Shown here piece by piece: positions 16,862 to 25,469 of a DNA stretch of 64,000 nt. A model generated the notes under the pieces. That model was not told the DNA's origin. It saw nothing but the letters and a program-made list of their open reading frames with translations, and ran no database searches. The stretch is taken from IMG/VR virus record IMGVR_UViG_3300025914_000009, positions 60,984 to 124,983 of that record. One strand, written 5' to 3'. Origin of the DNA: a virus. Within the stretch, counting starts at the first letter, position 1. Every line of letters starts with the position of its first letter. Both the position numbers and the translations under genes were made by a program.

Positions 16862-17169
16862 TGAGAAAGAACAAAAAGCACCTTAGGTTTTATAATAGAT
16901 GTATAGAAGGACGTGACATGTGGAAGTTTACTAAGGAGGGTGGTATAAGTCCTCTTTATGGATTATGTCATGCAGTAGATTTAGGTCTGATTGATGAACA
17001 GACATTTGATCGTTTTCACCCAACTGAGGATGATATTAAGTGGCTCAACTGGGAGGGTTATAGCACAGCATTTTGGGGATTAGGTAAAGAAGATGCTGAG
17101 ATAATGGAATTTACTCCTTTAAGACAAACAATTGTACTTTTCATGGCTGCTATAAAAGGGGAGCTATAA
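16861..17169 (+). CDS. hypothetical protein
   Basis: GLC...FTPLRQTIVLFMAA. Confidence 0.7.
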   Translation: MRKNKKHLRFYNRCIEGRDMWKFTKEGGISPLYGLCHAVDLGLIDEQTFDRFHPTEDDIKWLNWEGYSTAFWGLGKEDAEIMEFTPLRQTIVLFMAAIKGEL

Positions 17170-17180
17170 AAACACAACTT

Positions 17181-17606
17181 ATGAATCCAGAAATCAAAAA
17201 AAAGTGGCTAGAAGCTCTTAAAAGTGGTAGATATAAAAGGGTAAAGGGACAGCTAAAACACAGAGAAGGAGAGACTGTTAAACACTGTTGTCTTGGTGTC
17301 CTTTGTGAGCTTCATCATGAAATGACTGGTGAAGGAAATTGGGATAATAATAGCATGGAAGGATATTTCTCAAAAACTAACTCTATTGATAATAGTGCTC
17401 TTGTTCTCCCTGCGATAGTGAGAGATTGGGCAGGGTTAGATAGTCAAAATGCCCTTTTCGTACTAGATGATGATGAACTCAGGGAAAAGGCAAGGAAGAT
17501 GTCAAATGATTATATTCTGACAGAGGCTAGTCTTACTGAAATAAATGATCTGTCTGAAGAAAAAGACTTCTCTGATGTGATTCCTTTCATAGAAAAACTA
17601 TTCTAA
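17181..17606 (+). CDS. conserved phage protein
   Basis: W.EAL.SG.Y....G.L, HCCLGVLC and ND motifs. Confidence 0.8.
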   Translation: MNPEIKKKWLEALKSGRYKRVKGQLKHREGETVKHCCLGVLCELHHEMTGEGNWDNNSMEGYFSKTNSIDNSALVLPAIVRDWAGLDSQNALFVLDDDELREKARKMSNDYILTEASLTEINDLSEEKDFSDVIPFIEKLF

Positions 17607-17607
17607 T

Positions 17608-18174
17608 ATGTATACAAATCATACAGGGGGAGCCAAAGGAGCAGATGCAACATGGAAGGAGCTAGGAAAACCCCATGGGGTGAATACGATAGACTGGAGA
17701 CCTCATCATGTGGCCAGAATAGCTCTTGGGGATGAAAAGTATAATCAAATGATTGAGGCAGTAAAGTCAGCAGCTGAGGTACTTAAGAGACCATGGCAGT
17801 TTCCTGGAGACACACTTGTTCACAGAAACTATCTTCAGCCCCTTAATGCTCAGGCCATCTATGCAGTTTCTTATATCATAGCCCCAGGGGAAATAGACTT
17901 CAAAGGCTTTGAGAACAAGACTGGTAAGGAGATAGTAGCTGGAGGTACTGGTTGGGCTGTAGAAATGGCTATTCAGATGAAGAAGCCTGTGTATGTCTAT
18001 GATATGAGTACTGATCATTGGTATAAATGGGATAGTGCATTTGGTAGATTCTTTGAGCTTCCTGAAGCTCCTACTCTTACAACAATCTTTGCTGGTATAG
18101 GATCAAGATTTCTAACCCCTAAGGGGTATTCTGCAATTGATGATGTATACAAAAAAACTTTCAAGTATGAATGA
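17608..18174 (+). CDS. SLOG/DprA-like nucleotide-binding protein
   Basis: GGAKGAD, RN, GGTGWAV, AGIGSR. Confidence 0.65.
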   Translation: MYTNHTGGAKGADATWKELGKPHGVNTIDWRPHHVARIALGDEKYNQMIEAVKSAAEVLKRPWQFPGDTLVHRNYLQPLNAQAIYAVSYIIAPGEIDFKGFENKTGKEIVAGGTGWAVEMAIQMKKPVYVYDMSTDHWYKWDSAFGRFFELPEAPTLTTIFAGIGSRFLTPKGYSAIDDVYKKTFKYE

Positions 18175-18394
18175 AATATTTCTGATTCAGCGGATTTGGA
18201 TAGATTCTCTTGAAAATCAATCAAGCAATGCAGTAGGATATGAACCTATAGGATGGTTGCCCACTGAAAAAGAAGCTCAGGATTTTGTTTCCAAAGGTAG
18301 GATGTTCACTCGTGCAGATTGCTGGGCCATAGGTTATGTAGAGAAAGAGATGCCTCAATTCACCTATAAAAAGCTAACAAAGTGTACTACGTAA
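18167..18394 (+). CDS. hypothetical protein
   Basis: Overlapping ORF. Confidence 0.65.
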   Translation: MNEIFLIQRIWIDSLENQSSNAVGYEPIGWLPTEKEAQDFVSKGRMFTRADCWAIGYVEKEMPQFTYKKLTKCTT

Positions 18395-19179
18395 TACAAG
18401 AAAACCTGTTCAGAGAATATGGTTTCAAAGCACTCATAAGTCATTTAAATAAAATGAGAGAGAGAAAGGGAGAAGGTTGTGAACCAATCTATGATCCTGA
18501 ACCTAATCATGAAATAGTTAAGTATATTCCCTTCTCTGAACACCTAGAGGTTAAAACCTCAAGAAAAGATGTATTCTTCTTTGGATCCACTAATGCTGGG
18601 CTAGTAGCCAGGAAGAAGTATGACTGGACTCCAGGTCATTTTATCAATGAGAACTTTACTATGGAGAAATACCTACCTGCCTTTGGAGAACACATGCTAA
18701 ATTCTGATGGGAAGATTATAGCAACTGACACTATTTTTACTGAGCCAGAGCATTTCTTTTGTAGACCCTTGGGGGATGGGAAAGAGTTCACAGGCCAATT
18801 ATTTAATATAAAGCAATGGTATGATTATGTATGGGATAATACCGATCTTTTAGAAAAGTGCCCAAATGTGCTTGTAGCTTCTCCAAAAACTACCCAACAG
18901 GAAATCAGGTGCTGGATGATTGATGGTGAACCAGTTACCATCAGTCAGTACAAAATAGGTTCTCGTGGTAACTACTTAAATATGGATCACAATGATGAAG
19001 CTATTATCTTTGCTCGTAAAATGGCTAAGATCTTCCAACCTGCCAGGGCTTTCTGCCTTGATATATGCCTCTATAATGATGAGTACTACATCGTGGAGTT
19101 GGGGTGTATTAACCACTGTGGCTTTTACGATGCTAATATGGGTAAACTTATTGATGCGCTTGAAAAAATGAAATTCTGA
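18382..19179 (+). CDS. ATP-grasp (DUF4343-like) protein
   Basis: F.RP....K.FTG, E.R, LDI, IVELGCINHCGFY. Confidence 0.8.
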   Translation: MYYVIQENLFREYGFKALISHLNKMRERKGEGCEPIYDPEPNHEIVKYIPFSEHLEVKTSRKDVFFFGSTNAGLVARKKYDWTPGHFINENFTMEKYLPAFGEHMLNSDGKIIATDTIFTEPEHFFCRPLGDGKEFTGQLFNIKQWYDYVWDNTDLLEKCPNVLVASPKTTQQEIRCWMIDGEPVTISQYKIGSRGNYLNMDHNDEAIIFARKMAKIFQPARAFCLDICLYNDEYYIVELGCINHCGFYDANMGKLIDALEKMKF

Positions 19180-19379
19180 TGAAAACAAAAAACTCCTATC
19201 TTGTTGAATATAAGATAGATAATGGTACACTTAGAAAAGAGGCTATAGATGTTGAGATAGAGGATGATATGTCAGCAGTCGATATAATGACATGTTTACA
19301 GAGAAAACTACACTATCAACCCGGAAATGTTTATATTTCACAAGTGTCATTACTTGCTTCTTTTCCAATTAACAAATAA
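19179..19379 (+). CDS. hypothetical protein
   Basis: Coupled ORF. Confidence 0.6.
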   Translation: MKTKNSYLVEYKIDNGTLRKEAIDVEIEDDMSAVDIMTCLQRKLHYQPGNVYISQVSLLASFPINK

Positions 19380-19388
19380 AAATTATGT

Positions 19389-19805
19389 ATGACAGGAATT
19401 ATAATCGGGAGATTTCAAGTACCTTTCCTCCATCCAGGGCACCTTCACCTGATCGCAACCTCAATAAGGGAATGCGATGAGACAATCATTTTGCTGGGTA
19501 CCCCGGCTCCAACTGTTGAGTCTATAAATGATGAAAGAAATCCTTATGGACTCCCTTCCAGAATAAGGATGCTTCAACAGATCTTTCCTCAAGTGAAGAT
19601 CCAAGTTTTATATGATTCCCCTACTGATGAGTTTTGGTCAATGGATGTGGATCATATAGCATCCAAGTATAAAAATCCAATCCTTTATCACTCCAGGGAC
19701 AGCTTCAAAAATCACTATGTGGGGAAGATTCCCCTAAAGGAAGTAGAAGAGGTGCCTGGGTTTTCGGGCACCAAACTAAGACAGCATGGAAGTATTCAAA
19801 GTTAA
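19389..19805 (+). CDS. NMN adenylyltransferase-like (HxGH cytidylyltransferase fold)
   Basis: GRFQ..LHPGH, RNP, SGT.LR. Confidence 0.85.
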   Translation: MTGIIIGRFQVPFLHPGHLHLIATSIRECDETIILLGTPAPTVESINDERNPYGLPSRIRMLQQIFPQVKIQVLYDSPTDEFWSMDVDHIASKYKNPILYHSRDSFKNHYVGKIPLKEVEEVPGFSGTKLRQHGSIQS

Positions 19806-19851
19806 AGTACAGATAAAGTAGTTAGTGTTAAGGTTTGACAGCGAAATGGAA

Positions 19852-19952
19852 AGTCAGATAGCTCAGTTGGTTAGAGTACCTGCTAGGGCTTGATCGAAAG
19901 ATCAACGAAGCTGCCGCACAGGAGGTCAGGAGTTCGAATCTCCCTCTGACTT
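19852..19952 (+). tRNA. tRNA-like RNA with expanded anticodon arm
   Basis: Acceptor agtcaga/tctgact, canonical D and T arms; about 36 nt containing a GAAA hairpin replace the anticodon loop. Confidence 0.7.
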
Positions 19953-19953
19953 C

Positions 19954-20205
19954 ATGAAAAGAAGAAAGAAAGCTAGAGGTCTAAGGTACAAGTTAGATTA
20001 CATAGCCTTCTGGAAAACTAAAGGGATATATGGGCAAACTAGAATAGATCGCATGAGAGAAAGAAAAAGAAGAAGATTTGAAAAGTGGTTTGAAAGGAAG
20101 AAGCAGAGAAAATATGGCCCTTGGTGGCAGAATGGAAGAATGGTACAGTGGTGCGAATATCCAGAAGGTTCAATATGTGATTATCCTTGCAATGGTGATT
20201 GCTAG
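19954..20205 (+). CDS. basic protein with C-terminal Cys cluster
   Basis: C....C..PCNGDC. Confidence 0.65.
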   Translation: MKRRKKARGLRYKLDYIAFWKTKGIYGQTRIDRMRERKRRRFEKWFERKKQRKYGPWWQNGRMVQWCEYPEGSICDYPCNGDC

Positions 20206-20212
20206 GATTGAT

Positions 20213-20270
20213 AGGGGGATAGCTCAGTGGTAGAGCATTCTTGTCGGAAGTTCGATTCTTCCTCCCCCTA
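20213..20270 (+). ncRNA. anticodon-less mini-tRNA (58 nt)
   Basis: aggggga/tccccct, D arm gctc-agtggta-gagc, 9-nt linker, T arm ggaag-ttcgatt-cttcc. Confidence 0.75.
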
Positions 20271-20272
20271 CA

Positions 20273-22285
20273 ATGGATGTAGAAATCTATGATATAGAAT
20301 GTTTAGCAGGAATGTTCCTGTATTGTGGGTTTAATCCCACAACTGAAACATGGGTAGAATTTGAGATTTCGGAGTACAGAAATGATCTTTTTGCGCTCTC
20401 AAAGCATCTACAGTCCCTAAGGGGTGTGTATGGCATATCCTATAATGGATTAAGCTATGATTGTCAGGTGCTGCAGTTTATTATGGATAATCATCAGAGA
20501 TGGATTGACTATGATAATATTAGAACCTTGAACATTATTAAAAAGTTCTCCAACAAGATTATTGACGATCAGAAGTATGATCTGTTTCCTCCCTATAGAG
20601 AAGAGGATATAGACAATACTCAGATAGATCTGCTAAAGATCCACCACTTCGACAATGAGAATAAGAGAACATCTTTGAAATGGCTAGAGTTCTCTATGGA
20701 CTTCTACAACGTGGAAGAGATGCCTTATCATCACACTCAGGAGAAATTCACTCCTGATGAGATACAGGAGATTAAGGATTATTGTAGAAATGACGTAGAG
20801 GCTACTTATGAATTTTGGAAGTACACCATTGGGGAAATTGAACATGACGAGTATAAAGGCAAGAACAAAGTACAGGACAGGCTTGATCTGATTGAGGAGA
20901 TGAAATTTCCTACCAAAGCTCTCTCATGGAGTGACGTTAAGATTGGTGATGAGATTAACAAGAAAGTGTATTGTGAGCTTACTAGCTTGACTACCAGACA
21001 GTTGTATGATCTTAAAAAGAAAAGGAAACCTACGAAGAGGTTCAATTATGGAGATTGTATACCAGATTATGTTACCTTTAGAACTAAACCCTTTCAGGAG
21101 TTCTTTGAGAAGATGAAAAAGGTGAGGGTAAATCTGGCTAAAAAAGAGGAATACCCTTTCAGTATCAATGGGTTACATCTGCTCATTGCTAAAGGAGGAA
21201 TCCATTCCAGCGAAAAGAATAGGATAGTAATACCCAAATGGAATGAGATTCTGATGGATGCAGATATTGGTTCTCAATACCCCTGGTCTATCATTAAGAG
21301 AAAGTTATTTCCTTCCCATTTGAGCACAGCATGGCTGGTAGGCTATGAGAGTACTTTTAAAAAGAGGATCAGCTATAAGAAGCTGGCTCAGAACCCAGAC
21401 ATTCCTAAGAGGGATAAAAGGAAATATAAAGGGCTCAGTGAGATGCTAAAGTTAGCCCTAAATGGAGGAGGTTTTGGTAAGACTAATGAGAAGAACTCAT
21501 GGCAGTACGATCCTTTCGTGCAATTTAGCTGTACCATAGGTAATCAGTTTGAGATCCTAATGCTTATTGAAGATCTGCTAATAGCTGGTATTCAGACTAT
21601 TAGTGCTAATACTGATGGTATAGTATGTTTATTTGACAAGAGTTTGGAAGAGACTTACTATAATACCTGCTACGCATGGGAAAAGAAGGTAGGAAACAAT
21701 GAACAGGGTAAGCTGGAGTATACTCAGTACAGTAAAATGATTCAGGCTACTGTGAATGACTATCTGGCTATAAAGCTTGATGGAGAGGTGAAGAAGAAAG
21801 GTGACTTCCTTACCAGTTTTCCGGTAGAGAAGAATAAGAGTAGAAAGATTATCAATCTCGCACTGGAGAAGTGGTTTGTTAATGGTATTAGAGCAGGCAT
21901 TACTATCAGACAGCATTTAAATATCTTTGATTTCTGTATAGGAGTAAAGGCTTCTAAACAATTCCATTATGAAACTATTGATAAAGAGGGGCAGAAAGAA
22001 GTGTTTGACAGAATGATAAGGTATTATGTGTCTACAGATGGAAAGAAGCTACTAAAGATCAAGAATGAGAACTCAGAAGCTGATGGTAATGATGTAACAC
22101 AATGTGAAGCAGGAGAGTGGAAGTGTACAGTGATAAACAAGGTAGATACCAATAAGCCTATAGCAGAGTATAATATCAACTATGATTATTATATAAACAA
22201 GGCTGAAGAGCGTATCTATGCAATTGAAAAAGGAAGGAAAAGAAAAGGTGGAAGACCAGATCCTAACCAAACAACATTATTTTGA
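20273..22285 (+). CDS. polB: family B DNA polymerase
   Basis: Exonuclease YDIE, YN...YD, YC.ND; polymerase DIGSQYP, K...N...GK, NTDG. Confidence 0.92.
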   Translation: MDVEIYDIECLAGMFLYCGFNPTTETWVEFEISEYRNDLFALSKHLQSLRGVYGISYNGLSYDCQVLQFIMDNHQRWIDYDNIRTLNIIKKFSNKIIDDQKYDLFPPYREEDIDNTQIDLLKIHHFDNENKRTSLKWLEFSMDFYNVEEMPYHHTQEKFTPDEIQEIKDYCRNDVEATYEFWKYTIGEIEHDEYKGKNKVQDRLDLIEEMKFPTKALSWSDVKIGDEINKKVYCELTSLTTRQLYDLKKKRKPTKRFNYGDCIPDYVTFRTKPFQEFFEKMKKVRVNLAKKEEYPFSINGLHLLIAKGGIHSSEKNRIVIPKWNEILMDADIGSQYPWSIIKRKLFPSHLSTAWLVGYESTFKKRISYKKLAQNPDIPKRDKRKYKGLSEMLKLALNGGGFGKTNEKNSWQYDPFVQFSCTIGNQFEILMLIEDLLIAGIQTISANTDGIVCLFDKSLEETYYNTCYAWEKKVGNNEQGKLEYTQYSKMIQATVNDYLAIKLDGEVKKKGDFLTSFPVEKNKSRKIINLALEKWFVNGIRAGITIRQHLNIFDFCIGVKASKQFHYETIDKEGQKEVFDRMIRYYVSTDGKKLLKIKNENSEADGNDVTQCEAGEWKCTVINKVDTNKPIAEYNINYDYYINKAEERIYAIEKGRKRKGGRPDPNQTTLF

Positions 22286-22308
22286 TAACAAAGAAGTGGA
22301 GGTTTTAA

Positions 22309-22662
22309 ATGAAAGAGTTTAGGTTTTACACAAAAGGGGAAGGACATGAGCAAACCTGGTGGATTGATCTATGTGCATACATTGCCCAAGGGGGTAACCC
22401 AGCTGATTTACAAATGGTAGCAGGGGCTGATGATTTTCTTGATATATTGAGCGGAGAAAACATGGAAGATGAAGTAAAACTCCAGATCTCTGAACAGAAA
22501 CAAAAAGGGTTCTATGAGCTCAAACGATGTGATGAGATACCTACTGTGTCTGGTAGGTACTATTTTGATGACATGTCAGACAATCTTATGTGGTTATGTC
22601 CAGTTATTATGTGGATATTTGAAGGAAGGTATCCAGAAACTATTTACTATAAACCAATCTGA
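22309..22662 (+). CDS. conserved hypothetical protein
   Basis: W.ID, MVAGADD.LD, WLCPV..W.F..YP. Confidence 0.8.
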   Translation: MKEFRFYTKGEGHEQTWWIDLCAYIAQGGNPADLQMVAGADDFLDILSGENMEDEVKLQISEQKQKGFYELKRCDEIPTVSGRYYFDDMSDNLMWLCPVIMWIFEGRYPETIYYKPI

Positions 22663-22663
22663 T

Positions 22664-23122
22664 ATGAAGCCTCCATTCTATTCCTCGAAAGCATTTGTGA
22701 ATTTACCAGGTTGTAATTCCGATGCTTCGATTTTCTCCCAAATTGTCTTTTATTCAGATGATAGCTCAGGTTATGATGCTACTCTAAAGTTAAGAGACTG
22801 CGGGAACTCTATTCACTTCGCTGTTGGGTTAAACGATGAAGGGGATAGATCATATGAGAACAGCTTATTCAAAGTAGAAGCTCTTATTAAGGAGTTGGTA
22901 GCTTTCAGGGATGCTCTGGTTCAGGCTAAGAGCATTTATGATGAAAGAGCAAAGGTAGAAGAACTTGAGAGACAGCAATATATGAGTAAAAATGAAAATC
23001 ATGAAATGGATCCAAGGCATAGCCATCCTCCTGATATCAGCAGTGTTAATTATTCCACTGATAATTCTGTTAGAGGATTGGAGGACTTACAGGCAGCAGT
23101 CAATGTTGTACCAAATCTTTAG
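22664..23122 (+). CDS. hypothetical protein
   Basis: Likely start MKPPFY. Confidence 0.7.
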   Translation: MKPPFYSSKAFVNLPGCNSDASIFSQIVFYSDDSSGYDATLKLRDCGNSIHFAVGLNDEGDRSYENSLFKVEALIKELVAFRDALVQAKSIYDERAKVEELERQQYMSKNENHEMDPRHSHPPDISSVNYSTDNSVRGLEDLQAAVNVVPNL

Positions 23123-23127
23123 TGATA

Positions 23128-23430
23128 ATGAAGACTACAACACAGATAGTAGACGAAGAGTTTGAGTATCTTAGAGACAAAGCATATTTGGAAGCTGAGA
23201 AATATGAAAGAGAAACCAGACTTATGCAGGAGATCTTCGAAGTGGAGCACGCAAGAGTGGTATTAGGAAAAGTGAGAAAAACTCGCAAAAATGTCCAATA
23301 TGCAACAGTCTCAACAAGAGCAAAACGCCCAAGGTTTATCCGTGTTCAATCTTACCATAGAAGGATTCAGGCAGCTACAGACTTATGGAATAGATCTAAA
23401 CCATCTATTCATACTGGAATGCCTTTCTGA
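23128..23430 (+). CDS. hypothetical protein
   Basis: ORF overlapping the next gene. Confidence 0.55.
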   Translation: MKTTTQIVDEEFEYLRDKAYLEAEKYERETRLMQEIFEVEHARVVLGKVRKTRKNVQYATVSTRAKRPRFIRVQSYHRRIQAATDLWNRSKPSIHTGMPF

Positions 23431-23962
23431 AGGCACTGATGTAGAAAAGCACATGAGTTCTTCTAAGGTAGCAGCATGGAAACAAAATTTGTATAGGAAA
23501 AGCCTCATAACTGAAAAAGGAGAGGTTACTGTCTTAGGTAAAGAATTACTTGTAGCATTATCTTCTGCCAGACCCCCGGGGGAAGTAGTGAGGAAGATTA
23601 GGAAGGAGGTAGATGAGTTATTCGAGTTGTGGTGGAAAGCTTATCCTCCTACTGATATGTTTGAATACAAAGGTAGATCATTCAGTGGCTCAAGGGGTTT
23701 GAGGCAGAAAAAGGAGGACTGTAAGAAGAAATTCAATGAGATCTTACTTGAGGGAGAGCATAGTGCTGAAGATCTTATAAGAGCTTTAGAGAGGGAAATC
23801 ACTTTGAAAAAGGAGCAATCTGTGAAAGACAATGAGAATAAGATGAAGTATATGCAGAATAGTGCAACATATCTTAACCAAAGAACATATGAGAATTTTA
23901 TGTACCCTAAGGAAGGTTTTGTGATTGCTAAAATCACATCACCTGGAGCAGTGGACATCTAA
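23291..23962 (+). CDS. replication-initiator-like protein
   Basis: wHTH-like N-terminus; FELWWKAYP and ATYLNQR.YE motifs. Confidence 0.65.
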   Translation: MSNMQQSQQEQNAQGLSVFNLTIEGFRQLQTYGIDLNHLFILECLSEGTDVEKHMSSSKVAAWKQNLYRKSLITEKGEVTVLGKELLVALSSARPPGEVVRKIRKEVDELFELWWKAYPPTDMFEYKGRSFSGSRGLRQKKEDCKKKFNEILLEGEHSAEDLIRALEREITLKKEQSVKDNENKMKYMQNSATYLNQRTYENFMYPKEGFVIAKITSPGAVDI

Positions 23963-23993
23963 ACTCAGCTGAAAAAGGGATAATAGTAAGCAT

Positions 23994-24104
23994 ACCAACC
24001 CAGTATCCCTGCGAGAGTATAGGCTCAACACCCCGGAGGACTGCTTATACTGAAATATTCCTCTCGTAAATGAGAGGTCACAGTCCTGCCTGCTGTAGGT
24101 TGGT
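23994..24104 (+). ncRNA. candidate pseudoknotted RNA
   Basis: accaacc/ggttggt closing helix; loop aggactg pairs with cagtcct. Confidence 0.4.
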
Positions 24105-24116
24105 TTTTAACTAATT

Positions 24117-24278
24117 AAGATCTAAGGAGGATCGGATATCAACACTAAGATCACACCTGTCCCACGCTCCAATGGCTTAGTAGGAGAAGAGTCATTGCCC
24201 TGCAAGTTACGTTCAGACTACTAGCTTGAGGCACGGATCAGGCTCAACCCTTTGAGATATCCCACCTCCTTAGGTCTT
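24117..24278 (+). ncRNA. long hairpin with central bubble (6S-like candidate)
   Basis: aagatctaaggagg/cctccttaggtctt and ggatatc/gatatcc, then a bubble, then inner helices. Confidence 0.45.
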
Positions 24279-24422
24279 TAAATTTTGACCTATGAAAGGA
24301 TTAGTTTTTATCTTAATGTTACTATTTTGCGCGGTAACATTTCTTCCATTACTAGCCTTAATCATAGATGGATGTAGTTATGGGGAAGACAGTCTTATTT
24401 ATAAAATGTATAAACAAATCTA

Positions 24423-25106
24423 ATGAGTAATCTTGTCATCATTGTCCCTTCAAGAGGAAGACCTAGCTTGATGAAAAGGTTTCTGGATAGCTGGAAACTG
24501 ACAACTCAGGGGAAATCTACCATAAGAATAGGGTTAGATGCTAATGACCCTAATCTAATGGATTACATTAAATCTGAACGAAATGTCTATAAGACAGTGT
24601 TTACCAGCCAATTAGAGTTAAATCAAAAGAATAATTTGCTAGCAATGAGTGAGATAGAAGATGGTGCTAATATAGTAGGTTTGTTGAGTGATGATTTTAT
24701 ATTCCATACACTGGGATGGGAAGATAAGATCATTGAATGGCAGGATCAGAATAAGGGAATATGTTATGGAAATGACCTTTTACAGGGGGCTGCTTTACCA
24801 ACAGCACCTTTTATTCATGAAGATATTATTCTCCCTCTGGGGTATACAGCTCCTCCCATTCTAAAGCATTATTATATTGATAACTACTGGCTTGAGTTAG
24901 GTTTACGTCTTGAGAAGATCAAATATCTTCCAGATATTGTAATAGAACATAGTCACTGGAGCAACAAAAAAGCAATTAAAGATCTAACTTACAGCCAGTC
25001 AGAGGCCCTAATGGGTGAAGATAAGAAAGCTTGGGATCACTACAGAGAAACTAAATTATCTAATGACGTACAAAAAATACAATTATGGCACAAAAAACTA
25101 AAGTAG
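24423..25106 (+). CDS. GT2-like glycosyltransferase
   Basis: IVPSRGRP, SDD, HYYIDN, IEHSH. Confidence 0.8.
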   Translation: MSNLVIIVPSRGRPSLMKRFLDSWKLTTQGKSTIRIGLDANDPNLMDYIKSERNVYKTVFTSQLELNQKNNLLAMSEIEDGANIVGLLSDDFIFHTLGWEDKIIEWQDQNKGICYGNDLLQGAALPTAPFIHEDIILPLGYTAPPILKHYYIDNYWLELGLRLEKIKYLPDIVIEHSHWSNKKAIKDLTYSQSEALMGEDKKAWDHYRETKLSNDVQKIQLWHKKLK

Positions 25107-25288
25107 AAGTGAAAGCAGGTTACAGCACTTGCACTCTATTATTTATCACTTTCCTGGTTCTCAAATTATGTGGAGTAATCAACTGGTCTTGGTGGTGGAT
25201 AACTGCACCAATATGGGGGCCTCTTGCAATCATTGCTCTGCTAATGCTTATTGGACTTATTGGTATGATAGTTACAAAGAAAATCTAA
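25085..25288 (+). CDS. small membrane protein
   Basis: F.VLKL.GVI.WSWWW..APIW. Confidence 0.8.
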   Translation: MAQKTKVEVKAGYSTCTLLFITFLVLKLCGVINWSWWWITAPIWGPLAIIALLMLIGLIGMIVTKKI

Positions 25289-25289
25289 T

Positions 25290-25469
25290 ATGACAAATCT
25301 CGAAAAAGCAACCAGAGCTACTATCCTGCAGTTTGCTCTTGATAATATAGGGGCTACAGAGCTAAATCCTGTCAAGCAGGCAAGAGATCTGGGAGAGGCC
25401 CTCGAAGTAGAAATGGATGATGGAGTAAAGAAGATAGTAACAATCAATGTAACAGATTCAGATGAGTGA
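25290..25469 (+). CDS. hypothetical protein (59 aa)
   Basis: Read manually; fills the gap before the helicase. Confidence 0.55.
   Translation: MTNLEKATRATILQFALDNIGATELNPVKQARDLGEALEVEMDDGVKKIVTINVTDSDE

Noticed and set aside
19826-19846. Extra handle copy (tgttaag-gtttg-acagcgaaa) before the tRNA-like RNA
   Set aside because: Spacing and motif deviate, and I found no closing strand; may be a remnant but is unsupported
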